This document shows, piece by piece, positions 42,769 to 52,382 of a DNA stretch of 64,000 bases. Each line of letters starts with the position of its first letter. The first letter of the stretch is position 1. The DNA comes from Bacillota bacterium (lineage in GTDB: Bacteria; Bacillota; Limnochordia; Darwinibacteriales; Darwinibacteriaceae), in contig DUPN01000100.1 of assembly GCA_012838305.1 (NCBI GenBank), positions 30,489-94,488 of the forward strand, given 5' to 3'. A program made the translations under genes and the position numbers. The notes below the pieces were generated by a model, which searched no databases, was not told where the DNA came from, and was given only the letters and a program-made list of their open reading frames with translations.

Positions 42769-43954
42769 GATGATGACGATGAAAAAAGCGATACAGGTCG
42801 TATGGATTCTTCTAATCGTTGTGGGCTGCGGGGCGCAGGGTCAGGCCCAAACCAGTGTGGAGGCAGGACCCTTTCAGGAGTCCATCCAAGCCCAGCTGGA
42901 AGCCTTGGATCTCGATGTGCTCCTGGGCTTTAAGGAACGTTTGGAAAGGGAATATCATGACTTTGTACCCAGCCTGAACTGGCAGGATCTGCTCCGAGGC
43001 GGTGGAGATACTCCTTCGCCAGCCGGATTTGTGGTCCTTCTGCTGCGGCACCTGCTCAGAGAACTCTATCTCAGCTTACATCTCCTGCGTCAACTGGTGG
43101 TGATCGGTATCTTAGCCGCCCTGCTGCAGAGACTGAGCAGCTCGTTTGGCATCCCGGGAGTGGTCGATGTAGCCTTTGCCGTTTGTTTTCTGGTCTTGGT
43201 TATCCTGGGTCTGCAGAGCTTTAAAATCGCCTCCAGTGTGGCCACAGAGGCAGTCGGGGAGATGGTGGGGTTTATGTATGCCCTCATACCCATGCTCTCG
43301 TCGCTCTTGGTCGCTGTGGGAGGCATCACATCTGCAACCGTTTTTCATCCTTTACTGTGGGCCCTGGTGGGAGGAATCGCAGGTCTGGTACAGCGCCTGC
43401 TCTTTCCAATGATTTTGCTGAGCACGGCTTTTTCACTGATGTCCCACTTCAGCGCGGATCTGCCCTTCCCACGCCTGGGAAACCTCCTGCGACAAGGAGT
43501 GATCACCCTACTGGCCCTGTTTTTTATCGTTTTCTCCGGTTTCATGGTGGTGCGGGGAGCGATTGCTCCTGTCACCGACGGAATATCGCTGCGTACCGCC
43601 AAGTACTTGACGAAGACCTTGATCCCCATCGCAGGCGGTATGTTCGCGGACACACTGGAGGTGGTGGTGGGCGGTTCTCTCCTGATTAAAAATGCAGTGG
43701 GCATTTTCGGCTTGGTGATGATCGTCTTCATGGTCGCGGCTCCGGTCCTGAAAGTCTTGGCCATGGTCCTGATTTACAAGATCGTCAGTGCGGTTCTGGA
43801 GCCCCTTTGTGACAGGCGGGTTGTCCAGGTCTTAGGCACGATGGAAGCATCCTTGACCCTGGTTCTAATCGCGCTCATCACCGTGGCTCTAATGCTGTTT
43901 TTGGCCATCGTGATTCTGGTTGGGATTGGCAACGTAGCCGTACTCATGAGGTGA
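42749..43954 (+). CDS. spoIIIAE: stage III sporulation protein AE
   Basis: About 400 aa, with a signal peptide then multiple TM helices. The start is ambiguous among ATGs at 42749-42779. Confidence 0.85.
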   Translation: MAYWAFRMMTMKKAIQVVWILLIVVGCGAQGQAQTSVEAGPFQESIQAQLEALDLDVLLGFKERLEREYHDFVPSLNWQDLLRGGGDTPSPAGFVVLLLRHLLRELYLSLHLLRQLVVIGILAALLQRLSSSFGIPGVVDVAFAVCFLVLVILGLQSFKIASSVATEAVGEMVGFMYALIPMLSSLLVAVGGITSATVFHPLLWALVGGIAGLVQRLLFPMILLSTAFSLMSHFSADLPFPRLGNLLRQGVITLLALFFIVFSGFMVVRGAIAPVTDGISLRTAKYLTKTLIPIAGGMFADTLEVVVGGSLLIKNAVGIFGLVMIVFMVAAPVLKVLAMVLIYKIVSAVLEPLCDRRVVQVLGTMEASLTLVLIALITVALMLFLAIVILVGIGNVAVLMR

Positions 43955-43960
43955 TCAGAC

Positions 43961-44455
43961 ATGTATTGGAAAGAATGGCTGCAGACACTGCTCAGTCTCG
44001 TGATCCTTGTGGGCGTAGCAGAAATGCTCCTGCCTTCTGGACGCTTGGCTAAGTTCTCCCAGCTTGTCCTGGGCCTCGCCCTCATGCTCGCAGTATTGCA
44101 GCCTCTCACTCTGCTCTTCAATGCCGACTTAAACAGCCCCGATCTGTTTGGGCCCAGTGCACTGTGGTCCGTGCCAGATTTGGAAGAACTTGCCGCAGAG
44201 ATACGGCTGGCGGCGGCGTTACCTTTTTTGCGACAGGACCAAGAGGAGCGATCCCGCCAGATGGAACAGGCTCTTCTGGGTCTGGATCTGGTGGAAGATG
44301 TCCAGGTAGATATGGGTCTTGGCGCAAGCGATGCATGTATCTATGTTTCTATTCAACCGTATACCTTAGAATTGGCAGAACAGATCCAGCAAGCGCTGGG
44401 ATCTATGGTCAGTGTACCGCCGAGAGAGATTTCTGTGCAGCGCCTGCAGAAGTAG
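43961..44455 (+). CDS. spoIIIAF: stage III sporulation protein AF
   Basis: 164 aa with two N-terminal TM helices, called from its position in the operon. Confidence 0.75.
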   Translation: MYWKEWLQTLLSLVILVGVAEMLLPSGRLAKFSQLVLGLALMLAVLQPLTLLFNADLNSPDLFGPSALWSVPDLEELAAEIRLAAALPFLRQDQEERSRQMEQALLGLDLVEDVQVDMGLGASDACIYVSIQPYTLELAEQIQQALGSMVSVPPREISVQRLQK

Positions 44456-44476
44456 TCCTAGCCTAGGAGGTGGAGC

Positions 44477-45019
44477 ATGGGTGCGTTCTGGAACCGTTTG
44501 AACGAAAAACAGAAGAAAATCGCCAGTTGGCTGGGGGTGGGAGTGATAGTCGGTGTGGGCCTTCTGCTCTTACAGCCCCCCAACTCGAGCCCCCTTCCAG
44601 CTGTTCTCCCGGCAGCGTCATCCCAGGAGCCCCAGGCATGGGCATGGAGCCAGGAAGAGTTGGTCAAGGAGCTTGAGGCCATACTTAATAGTATGCTAGG
44701 CGGCAAAGGAGCCAAGGTATTTCTCACCATGGAGCGAGGTCACCGACTCCAGATCGCCTACGATCGGACCGAGGAAGAACGCCGCAGTGCGGAAGGGGTG
44801 ACGGAAAGGCGCTGGACATCCAGCCCCGTCTTGATGCGGAACGACGCAGAGCGGAAGGAGGTGCCGCTGGTCCTGGAGGAAATCGAGCCCACAGTTCGAG
44901 GTGTGCTCGTGGTAGTGGATCAGACACCACGGGCCGAACTCCGCTTGGCCATTTCCCAGGCGGTTGCCACCGCCTTACAGGTACCCATGTATCGGATTGA
45001 GGTCTTATTCAAACAATAG
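44477..45019 (+). CDS. spoIIIAG: stage III sporulation protein AG
   Basis: 180 aa with an N-terminal TM helix. The C-terminal ring-building motif region reads VRGVLVVVD... Confidence 0.8.
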   Translation: MGAFWNRLNEKQKKIASWLGVGVIVGVGLLLLQPPNSSPLPAVLPAASSQEPQAWAWSQEELVKELEAILNSMLGGKGAKVFLTMERGHRLQIAYDRTEEERRSAEGVTERRWTSSPVLMRNDAERKEVPLVLEEIEPTVRGVLVVVDQTPRAELRLAISQAVATALQVPMYRIEVLFKQ

Positions 45020-45024
45020 GAGGG

Positions 45025-45579
45025 ATGGTGAAGATGGCAAAGTTTTATGTCTTTAGTGGAAGAAAGGCCCTTTGGAATTTGGTGATCCTTCTTTTGGTGA
45101 TTGCAGCCCTAGTCTACATGTTTCGAGTGGAAGAGGTGGTAAATTCCGGTGAGGACGTGACCACGGAGTTCGATCAAAGTCTAGCCCAGGTAGTGCTGGT
45201 GGAACCTGTCACGGTACGCACCGTTCCCACCAAGTTTAGCGAATACAAGCTGGAAAGGGAGCGTATGCGAAGCAGGCAGGTGGAACTGCTGCAGAATCTG
45301 GCCTACGACGGCCAGACCGAGGGGGAACGCAAGGCACAGGCGCAATTGGATTTGCAGGCCTTTATTCAAAAGATCGGTAGAGAAACAGAGATTGAGAATC
45401 TGTTGAAGGCCCAGGGTTATCTGGACGCACTCGTCCTTCTGGATCAGGAGGCCATCACCGTGGTCGTTCCAGTAAGCCTGATTCGAGAGGAAGCGGCGCG
45501 CATCGGAGAGATGGTTCATCGACTGACAGGAATTGGATTTGAGCGGATCACCATCGTAGATGAGACCATCGGTGCCTAG
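45025..45579 (+). CDS. spoIIIAH: stage III sporulation protein AH
   Basis: 184 aa with an N-terminal TM helix and a C-terminal YscJ/FliF-like region. Last gene of the operon. Confidence 0.75.
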   Translation: MVKMAKFYVFSGRKALWNLVILLLVIAALVYMFRVEEVVNSGEDVTTEFDQSLAQVVLVEPVTVRTVPTKFSEYKLERERMRSRQVELLQNLAYDGQTEGERKAQAQLDLQAFIQKIGRETEIENLLKAQGYLDALVLLDQEAITVVVPVSLIREEAARIGEMVHRLTGIGFERITIVDETIGA

Positions 45580-45602
45580 TTGTGGCCTTCAGCGTCAAAA
45601 GG

Positions 45603-45638
45603 GAGAACGAGCCTCAGAACTCTGGGGCTTCTCTTTTT
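45603..45638 (+). terminator. possible weak terminator after spoIIIAH
   Basis: GAGAA..GCC / GGC-TTCTC interrupted stem followed by T5. Confidence 0.3.
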
Positions 45639-45702
45639 GAAGGAGAAAGACCTAGACTAGCGAATGTAAATAGATGCTAAAGTTGAGAGAGGTGCACAAG
45701 CT

Positions 45703-46134
45703 ATGGACTTTGAGCAGATCAAAGAGTTAATCTCGCTGGTCAATTCCACCGATATTACCAATTTCGAGATAGAGCAAAACGATTTTCGCCTGTGCATAGG
45801 CAAGGAGCGAGTAGAGATTAGGCAAGCGACCCTTCCAGTCAGTGCTGCACCCGCGCCTGAAGCGCCGGCCACAGAGGAAAGGGGCCATGGCTTTGTGGAG
45901 ATTACCGCTCCCATGGTCGGCACATTCTACAGAGCGCCGGCCCCGGATGAACCCCCCTATATTCAGACAGGGGAGATGATTTCACCAGGTCAAGTTCTCT
46001 TTATCATTGAGGCTATGAAGATGATGAACGAAATTGAGGCCGAGATCAAGGGAGTTGTCAAGGAAATTCTGGTGGAAAACGGCGAACCCGTGGAATACGG
46101 GCAGCCGCTTATACTCATTGACCCCACGAACTAG
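45703..46134 (+). CDS. accB: acetyl-CoA carboxylase biotin carboxyl carrier protein
   Basis: Biotinyl motif EAMKMMNEIE. 143 aa. Confidence 0.95.
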   Translation: MDFEQIKELISLVNSTDITNFEIEQNDFRLCIGKERVEIRQATLPVSAAPAPEAPATEERGHGFVEITAPMVGTFYRAPAPDEPPYIQTGEMISPGQVLFIIEAMKMMNEIEAEIKGVVKEILVENGEPVEYGQPLILIDPTN

Positions 46135-46145
46135 GAGGTGCTATC

Positions 46146-47507
46146 TTGCGCAGAATACTCATTGCCAACCGGGGAGAGATAGCACTCCGGATTATTCGTG
46201 CCTGTCGTGAGCTCGATATGGAAACCATCGCCATTTATTCGGAAGCGGATCGGGAGTCTCTCCATGTGAAATGGGCCGATTTTGCGGTCTGTGTGGGTCC
46301 TGCAGCTTCGTCCAAGAGCTACTTAAATGCCCAGAATATTCTGGCCGCTGCCCTGTCCCATGGGGCCGACGGGATTCATCCCGGCTATGGTTACCTGAGC
46401 GAGAGCGCCCTCTTCGCGGAAATGTGTGAGGCCCATAACCTAATCTTCATCGGACCCACCGCAGGGAACATTGAGTTTCTTGGGGATAAGTCCCGGGCGA
46501 AAGCGACCATGCAGAAAGCGGGGGTACCCGTTGTGCCCGGCAGTGAAGGCGCCGTCTTGGACGAGGCCAGCCTTATTGCGATTGCGGAGGAGATCGGCTA
46601 CCCTGTGATGATCAAAGCCAGTGCTGGAGGGGGAGGCAAGGGCATGCGTCTGGCCAGGGATCGCCGGGAGTTACTGCAAGGCTATCATACGGCGAGGGCG
46701 GAAGCTTCGGCCGCCTTCGATAATGATCAGGTGTATCTGGAGAAGTTGATCGAGGCACCTCGCCATATCGAAATCCAGCTGTTGGGGGACACTTTTGGAA
46801 ATATTGTCCATTTCGGGGAAAGAGAGTGTTCCTTGCAGCGTCGCCACCAGAAACTGCTGGAGGAATGCCCCTCTGCTGTGGTCAGCGAGGCTTTGCGGGC
46901 GGAAATGGGAAGAGCCGCGGTCTTGGGGGCGAAAGCTGTAAATTACTGTAATGCGGGGACCATGGAGTTCTTGCTCGATGCCTCGGGTAACTTCTACTTC
47001 ATGGAGATGAACACCCGTATCCAGGTGGAGCATCCCGTAACCGAAATGGTCTATGGGATCGATTTGATCAAAGAGCAAATCCGCATCGCCCAAGGGCAGC
47101 GTCTTGGCTATGACCAAGGGGACATTGTTCCCCGGGGGCATGCCATTGAATGCAGAATTAATGCTGAAGAGGTTCGTGCCAACTCGCGCCCCTCTCCTGG
47201 GGTGATTGAGAAACTGATCGTCCCGGGGGGATACGGCATTCGCTGGGATAGTCATGCCTATCAAGGATATTCAATTTCGCCTTTTTACGATTCCATGTTT
47301 GCGAAGCTGATCGCCTGGGGTGCGGATCGAACTGCAGCTATAGAGACCATGCAGCGAGCCCTCGATGAGCTAACGGTGGAGGGCATCCAGACCTCAATTC
47401 CTTTTCACCGGGCCATCCTCCGGGACTTGAGGTTTCGCCAAGGACGTTTTTCCACAGACTTTATCCAGCTGTGGCTGGAGGAAACCGAATTGTCGAAGCA
47501 GGAATAG
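46146..47507 (+). CDS. accC: acetyl-CoA carboxylase biotin carboxylase subunit
   Basis: ILIANRGEIALRIIRAC, GGGGKGMR, EMNTRIQVEHPVTE. 453 aa. Confidence 0.97.
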   Translation: MRRILIANRGEIALRIIRACRELDMETIAIYSEADRESLHVKWADFAVCVGPAASSKSYLNAQNILAAALSHGADGIHPGYGYLSESALFAEMCEAHNLIFIGPTAGNIEFLGDKSRAKATMQKAGVPVVPGSEGAVLDEASLIAIAEEIGYPVMIKASAGGGGKGMRLARDRRELLQGYHTARAEASAAFDNDQVYLEKLIEAPRHIEIQLLGDTFGNIVHFGERECSLQRRHQKLLEECPSAVVSEALRAEMGRAAVLGAKAVNYCNAGTMEFLLDASGNFYFMEMNTRIQVEHPVTEMVYGIDLIKEQIRIAQGQRLGYDQGDIVPRGHAIECRINAEEVRANSRPSPGVIEKLIVPGGYGIRWDSHAYQGYSISPFYDSMFAKLIAWGADRTAAIETMQRALDELTVEGIQTSIPFHRAILRDLRFRQGRFSTDFIQLWLEETELSKQE

Positions 47508-47539
47508 TTTGGTATAATATCGCCAGGAGGTGTCGGAAG

Positions 47540-47941
47540 ATGTCGGAAAACGAAGGTCGCCGCGAGTTAGGTGAATTGAAGATCGCCAACGATGTTGTGG
47601 GGATTATTGCAGGTTTGGCCACCGTCGAGGTACCAGGAGTGGCTGGGATGAGCGGCGGTATTGCAGGCGGTATCGCTGAGATGCTTGGACACCGCAATTT
47701 GTCGAAGGGTGTCAAGGTCGAGGTCGGAGAACACGAATGCGTCGTTGATCTTTATGTCATCATCGAATATGGCTACAGTATCCCTGAAGTGGCCGGACAG
47801 ATCCAAGAGAATGTGAAACGGACGATTGAAGTGATGACAGGACTTGACGTGACGGAAGTCAATCTCCACGTCTTAGGCGTGCAGTTCCCGCAGGAGAAGA
47901 AGAGTGAAGAGGCGCCGGCTCCGGCCCCCCGGGGGAAGTAG
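47540..47941 (+). CDS. Asp23/Gls24 family envelope stress protein
   Basis: IANDVVGIIAGLATVEVPGVAGM and the DLYVIIEYGYSIPEVA pattern. ATG 47540 behind AGGAGG. Confidence 0.85.
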   Translation: MSENEGRRELGELKIANDVVGIIAGLATVEVPGVAGMSGGIAGGIAEMLGHRNLSKGVKVEVGEHECVVDLYVIIEYGYSIPEVAGQIQENVKRTIEVMTGLDVTEVNLHVLGVQFPQEKKSEEAPAPAPRGK

Positions 47942-47942
47942 T

Positions 47943-48479
47943 ATGAAACTCCTCGATCGTATTCTGCTGGGGATCTGCGCTGTGGTCCTGGCCCTCTTTG
48001 CTGGGCTCTTGCTAGCAACAATGTGGGGCAGCACCTTTGTTGTCAACTGGCTTTTGTCATCGAACGTGTTGCTTGAGGGCGGCATTGCTGTGGTCATTCT
48101 AGTCCTTTTAGCCGTCTATCTGGTGATTCTGGTGACCCGATTCGATACGAAACGTTACATTGTCTATCCCAGGGAACTGGGGGAAGTGAAGATCAGCACC
48201 GAATGCGTGGAAAGCCTGATAGTGGAAGCTGCTGGACAGATTGCCGGCGTGGAGCAAGTCAAGGCTGTGTTTACCGACGTGGTGGAGCCTAAAGTGGCCC
48301 TCAAAGTCTTGGTTTACCCTGATTACAACCTCTCCCAGTTGTCTGAGGAGCTGCAGGAAAGCGTGAGGGCGTATGTGGAGAAAACCGTCGGGATTGTTAT
48401 CCTGCAAATTGAGGTGTCCGTGGTGGGGATCGGCAAGAAGGCCAAAGAGGCGGACATCGGTCAGGATCATGTGGACTAG
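47943..48479 (+). CDS. alkaline shock response membrane anchor protein (AmaP-like)
   Basis: Two N-terminal TM helices followed by an Asp23-like fold. Conserved partner downstream of asp23. ATG 47943 chosen. Confidence 0.6.
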   Translation: MKLLDRILLGICAVVLALFAGLLLATMWGSTFVVNWLLSSNVLLEGGIAVVILVLLAVYLVILVTRFDTKRYIVYPRELGEVKISTECVESLIVEAAGQIAGVEQVKAVFTDVVEPKVALKVLVYPDYNLSQLSEELQESVRAYVEKTVGIVILQIEVSVVGIGKKAKEADIGQDHVD

Positions 48480-48485
48480 AGGGGT

Positions 48486-48707
48486 GTGGGTGTGGGTATG
48501 AAGGAGAAGTTCTTGGCAATACTCAGTACTCATTTTGGAAAAATCTTTGGAGCCATCATGGGCCTTGTGATCAGCTGGATCATCATCGCATTTGGCGTTC
48601 TCAAAGGATTATTTGTACTGCTATGTGTGGCCGTTGGGTTCTATCTGGGTTCCTATCTGGATTCGCCAGGGGAAGGCCGGAGCTTGATCAGCCGGTTTAT
48701 GAGGTGA
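48486..48707 (+). CDS. DUF2273-like small membrane protein
   Basis: About 70 aa, two TM helices, third member of the conserved asp23 cluster. The start is ambiguous (48486 or 48498). Confidence 0.55.
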   Translation: MGVGMKEKFLAILSTHFGKIFGAIMGLVISWIIIAFGVLKGLFVLLCVAVGFYLGSYLDSPGEGRSLISRFMR

Positions 48708-48713
48708 TTTTGT

Positions 48714-49121
48714 TTGAGTAGACGATTGGCAAGGCAGATCGCGTTTCAAACGCTCTTTGAAATTGATTTAGCCAAGAGTGATGTAGAGTTGGCACTGCAG
48801 CGCAGGTTGGAGGGGGAGGCTTTGAGCCCCGACAACCAGGATTATGTGCAAAGGGTGGTGCGGGGTGTGAATCGGGAGATCGCCGCCCTAGACGCCCAAA
48901 TTGGCGCCATTTCCAAGGCATGGGAGGTCCATCGCCTTGGTTATACGGATCGCAATATCTTGCGCCTGGCCATTTTCGAGATCGTGTTCATGGACGATAT
49001 TCCGGCCGGGGTTACGGTCAACGAGGCGGTGGAGTTAGCCAAAGAGTTTGGCGACGATGAATCTCCCCGCTTCGTCAATGGGCTTTTGGGCACCGTGGTT
49101 CGGGACGGCGGTTTTCGATGA
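48714..49121 (+). CDS. nusB: transcription antitermination factor NusB
   Basis: RRLARQIAFQTLFE..., AILRLAIFEI, VNEAVELAK. 135 aa. Confidence 0.9.
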   Translation: MSRRLARQIAFQTLFEIDLAKSDVELALQRRLEGEALSPDNQDYVQRVVRGVNREIAALDAQIGAISKAWEVHRLGYTDRNILRLAIFEIVFMDDIPAGVTVNEAVELAKEFGDDESPRFVNGLLGTVVRDGGFR

Positions 49122-50089
49122 AGGTGTTTCTCGGCGTTGATACGAGCAGTTATACGACATCCCTGTGTTTGCTGGGCGAAGATGGACAGATCAAAGCTGA
49201 CAAACGCAAGGTGTTGGAGGTGGCTTCTGGTTCGCGAGGTTTGCGTCAATCGGAAGCCTTGTTTTACCATATGCAAAACCTGCCATGGCTCTCCTCCCAG
49301 CTTGCTCCGTTCTTGGCAGATCATGAGCTTGTCTCCATTGGTGTGTCGGTCAAACCGCGTCCCCAGGAAGACTCTTACTTACCTGTTTTTTTAGCGGGTT
49401 CCAGTCTAGCAGAATGTCTCGCCAGTTTTCTAGGCATACCTTGTCATCCGCTCACTCACCAAGAGACCCATATTTGGGGCGGGATAGGAAGCGCTGGAGG
49501 ACCCACAGCGTCGCGTTTTTTGGCCATTCATCTCTCTGGGGGAACCACTGAATTAACCTTGGTGGAACGTGAGGAGAAAAGCCCAAGGCTCAAGATCGAG
49601 CTATTGGGGGCCACCTTAGATCTGCATGCGGGGCAGCTCGTGGATCGACTGGGCGTCAAACTCGGACTGCCATTTCCCGCCGGACCCGCCCTAGAGGAGT
49701 TAGCCGGCTTGACCGCCGACACCGCTCCCGTGCCCACGTATCATCGGGACGGGATGGTGAGTTTCTCCGGTCCCCTGACTGCTTTGGAAAAGTTTGTGGG
49801 CCAAGTCCCGCCTGCAGTTTGTGCCCGATCCTGTTTTCTGAGCATTAGCCGGACCTTGGCCAAGTGGATTGGCTGGGCCGAGCAAGCGACACCCTGCCGG
49901 GAGCTCCTCCTCGTGGGAGGAGTGGCCTCCAATGGTCTGATCCGGGCGGATTTGCAGAAGAGACTGCCCACTTGGAAGCTCTATTTCGCGGCACCGGGCC
50001 TAAGCGTTGACAATGCCTACGGAGCAGCCTATTACAGTGCTCTCGTGTGGAAAGGAGATGGTGGCCCTGCATCCGCTCTCCGTGAGTGA
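49118..50089 (+). CDS. TsaD/Kae1-like ASKHA-fold protein (glycoprotease family paralog)
   Basis: LGVDTSSYTTS (phosphate-1-like), HQETH (HxxxH spacing as in TsaD HMEGH), LSGGTTEL, GQLVDRLG..GLPFPAGPALE. Confidence 0.65.
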   Translation: MKVFLGVDTSSYTTSLCLLGEDGQIKADKRKVLEVASGSRGLRQSEALFYHMQNLPWLSSQLAPFLADHELVSIGVSVKPRPQEDSYLPVFLAGSSLAECLASFLGIPCHPLTHQETHIWGGIGSAGGPTASRFLAIHLSGGTTELTLVEREEKSPRLKIELLGATLDLHAGQLVDRLGVKLGLPFPAGPALEELAGLTADTAPVPTYHRDGMVSFSGPLTALEKFVGQVPPAVCARSCFLSISRTLAKWIGWAEQATPCRELLLVGGVASNGLIRADLQKRLPTWKLYFAAPGLSVDNAYGAAYYSALVWKGDGGPASALRE

Positions 50090-51257
50090 ATTAACGAACC
50101 AAATTAAAGCGGCCCTGACCCAGCCTGCGCTGCAAAGTGTGGCTGTACAGGGTGAAGTATCCAACTTCCTGCATCACCGTTCCGGGCACATGTATTTCTC
50201 CCTGAAGGATACCCACAGCCGGATCAAAGCAGTGATGTTTCGGGGACGGAACCAGCGCCTCAGCTTCACTCCCAAAAACGGAGATACCCTCATTGCCCTG
50301 GGCTCTGTGGGCGTTTACGAGCCGAATGGGGAATACCAGCTCTATGTAGATATGCTCTTTCCCCAGGGTATTGGAGATTTGCATCTGGCCTTTGAAGACC
50401 TGAAGGCCAAGCTAGAGGCGGAAGGTCTCTTTGATCCGGGGCGCAAGCGTTCGCTGCCCCTGCTTCCCCGGCGAGTGGGTGTGATCACATCTCCCTCAGG
50501 TGCAGCCCTGCGCGATATCCTTCATGTTCTCCGCAGGCGGCATCCTGGTGTGAATGTCCTTCTCTTTCCCGCACTGGTGCAGGGGGAAGAGGCGCCAGAG
50601 AGCCTGGTGCGGGCGCTATCTTTGGCCCAAAATACGGATGTCGATGTACTCATTATCGGTCGGGGAGGAGGCTCCTTTGAAGAACTGGCCGCGTTCAATG
50701 ATGAGGGGCTGGCTAGAGCTATTGCCCAATCAGATATCCCGGTTGTTTCCGCCTGCGGCCACGAGACGGATTTCACTCTTGCAGATTTCGTGGCGGATTG
50801 CAGAGCTCCCACCCCTTCCGCCGCGGCCGAGCTTGTGGTTCCTCTGCGGGAGGAGTTGCTGGCTGCGGTAACATCAATGCGAAACCGCATGGTGAGCGCC
50901 TTAAGGCGTCGCATAGAATCGGAACGGCGCTATCTAGGACAATTGCAGCATAGTCCCGTATTGGCGAGGCCAGAACACATGTTCCGCCAGCGTCGGCAAC
51001 GGCTGGATGAACTGTGGACAAGCCTGGGACGTTTCCAGCGCAGTGCCCTCGTCTTGAGACGGGGAAAACTCGCAGCCGCAGTGGGCAAGCTTGAATCGCT
51101 CAGTCCACTGAACACGTTGGCTAGAGGATACTCTGTTTGCCAAAATGAACGAGGGGAGATTGTACGCCAGGCGAAACAGGTTAGCCTAGGTGAGCTAGTC
51201 TATCTGACCTTACAGGAGGGATCGCTCTCCTGTCTTGTAGAGGAGAGAAAACCATGA
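50058..51257 (+). CDS. xseA: exodeoxyribonuclease VII large subunit
   Basis: LSVSELTNQIK, V.GEVSNF...SGHMYFSLKD, GVITSPSGAA, RGGGS.EEL. ATG 50058 behind AAAGGAG. Confidence 0.9.
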   Translation: MVALHPLSVSELTNQIKAALTQPALQSVAVQGEVSNFLHHRSGHMYFSLKDTHSRIKAVMFRGRNQRLSFTPKNGDTLIALGSVGVYEPNGEYQLYVDMLFPQGIGDLHLAFEDLKAKLEAEGLFDPGRKRSLPLLPRRVGVITSPSGAALRDILHVLRRRHPGVNVLLFPALVQGEEAPESLVRALSLAQNTDVDVLIIGRGGGSFEELAAFNDEGLARAIAQSDIPVVSACGHETDFTLADFVADCRAPTPSAAAELVVPLREELLAAVTSMRNRMVSALRRRIESERRYLGQLQHSPVLARPEHMFRQRRQRLDELWTSLGRFQRSALVLRRGKLAAAVGKLESLSPLNTLARGYSVCQNERGEIVRQAKQVSLGELVYLTLQEGSLSCLVEERKP

Positions 51258-51472
51258 GTGAACTGAAGTTTGAAGCAGCTCTAGCCCGTCTAGAAGAGAT
51301 CGTGCGCAGCCTCGAACAGGGTGATGCCGAGCTTGATGAGGGACTGGTGCTCTTTGAAGAAGGTGTGAAACTGGCTCGATTCTGCAACGAACAGCTCGAT
51401 CAAGCGGAAGCCAAGATTGAAATCATGATCGATCAAGGTTTGATCGAACCATTTGAGGTGAAGGAATCGTGA
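51254..51472 (+). CDS. xseB: exodeoxyribonuclease VII small subunit
   Basis: 72 aa. FEAALARLEEIVRSLEQGD..LDE.L.LFEEGV. Confidence 0.9.
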   Translation: MSELKFEAALARLEEIVRSLEQGDAELDEGLVLFEEGVKLARFCNEQLDQAEAKIEIMIDQGLIEPFEVKES

Positions 51473-52341
51473 AGGATTGGATCAGCGAAGTGGAGGCCAT
51501 TTTGGATCAAGCCTTGCCCTCAGCGGAGACTGTGCCTGAGCTTCTGCACGAGGCGATGCGCTATTCCACTTTAGGCGGAGGCAAACGTCTGCGAGCGCTT
51601 TTAACCATGGCTGCCTGTGTTGCTGTGGGCGGAAACAGGGAGGATACGGCCGCTCTAGTCGCGGCAGTGGAGATGGTGCACGCCTATTCCTTGATCCATG
51701 ATGACCTGCCTTGTATGGATGATGATCACCTGCGCAGGGGAAAACCCACCAACCATATTGTCTATGGTGAAGCTAACGCGGTGCTGGCCGGCGATGCTCT
51801 GCTCACAGAGGCCTTTGCTGTTCTGGCCAAAATGCCGGAGACAATGGGCATTTCTGCGGAGACTACAGCCTTGGTCATCTCGGAATTGGCCCAGGGAGCC
51901 GGTTCCCGGGGCATGGTGGGGGGCCAGGTCATGGATATTGCAGGGGAAGGCCAGGATCTGGACTCCGAAACTCTGCGCACAATTCACGACCACAAAACCG
52001 GTGCACTGATTCGAGCAGCCCTGAGAGGCGGAGCCCTACTCGGCGGAGCCCATCCGGAGCAGCTAGAGCAAATCACCCGTTATGCCCAGGGTTTTGGCTT
52101 GGCCTTCCAGATTACCGATGACATCCTGGACGAGGTAGGCCAGACCGAACAGCTTGGTAAGACGACTAAGAGTGATCAGCGTTTAGGTAAACAAACCTAC
52201 CCCAGACTCTATGGACTGGAGGGCGCCAAGGAAATGGCCCGCCTCTGCGTGGAGGAATGCCACAGTGCGCTCCAGGACTTCTCCCAAGACGCAGACTACC
52301 TGCGGGAGCTGGCCACCTTTATCCTCCAGCGCGACCATTAG
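51469..52341 (+). CDS. ispA: (2E,6E)-farnesyl diphosphate synthase / polyprenyl synthetase
   Basis: First DDxxD LIHDDLPCMDDD and second FQITDDILD aspartate-rich motifs. Confidence 0.9.
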   Translation: MKDWISEVEAILDQALPSAETVPELLHEAMRYSTLGGGKRLRALLTMAACVAVGGNREDTAALVAAVEMVHAYSLIHDDLPCMDDDHLRRGKPTNHIVYGEANAVLAGDALLTEAFAVLAKMPETMGISAETTALVISELAQGAGSRGMVGGQVMDIAGEGQDLDSETLRTIHDHKTGALIRAALRGGALLGGAHPEQLEQITRYAQGFGLAFQITDDILDEVGQTEQLGKTTKSDQRLGKQTYPRLYGLEGAKEMARLCVEECHSALQDFSQDADYLRELATFILQRDH

Positions 52342-52346
52342 CTTAC

Positions 52347-52376
52347 TTGCACGCAAAGAGAAAGCTGTGTTATAAT
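52347..52376 (+). promoter_or_regulatory. sigma-A promoter (TTGCAC-18-TGtTATAAT) in front of the non-coding region
   Basis: TTGCAC at 52347-52352 and an extended -10 ending at 52376. Confidence 0.55.
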
Positions 52377-52382
52377 TGAATC

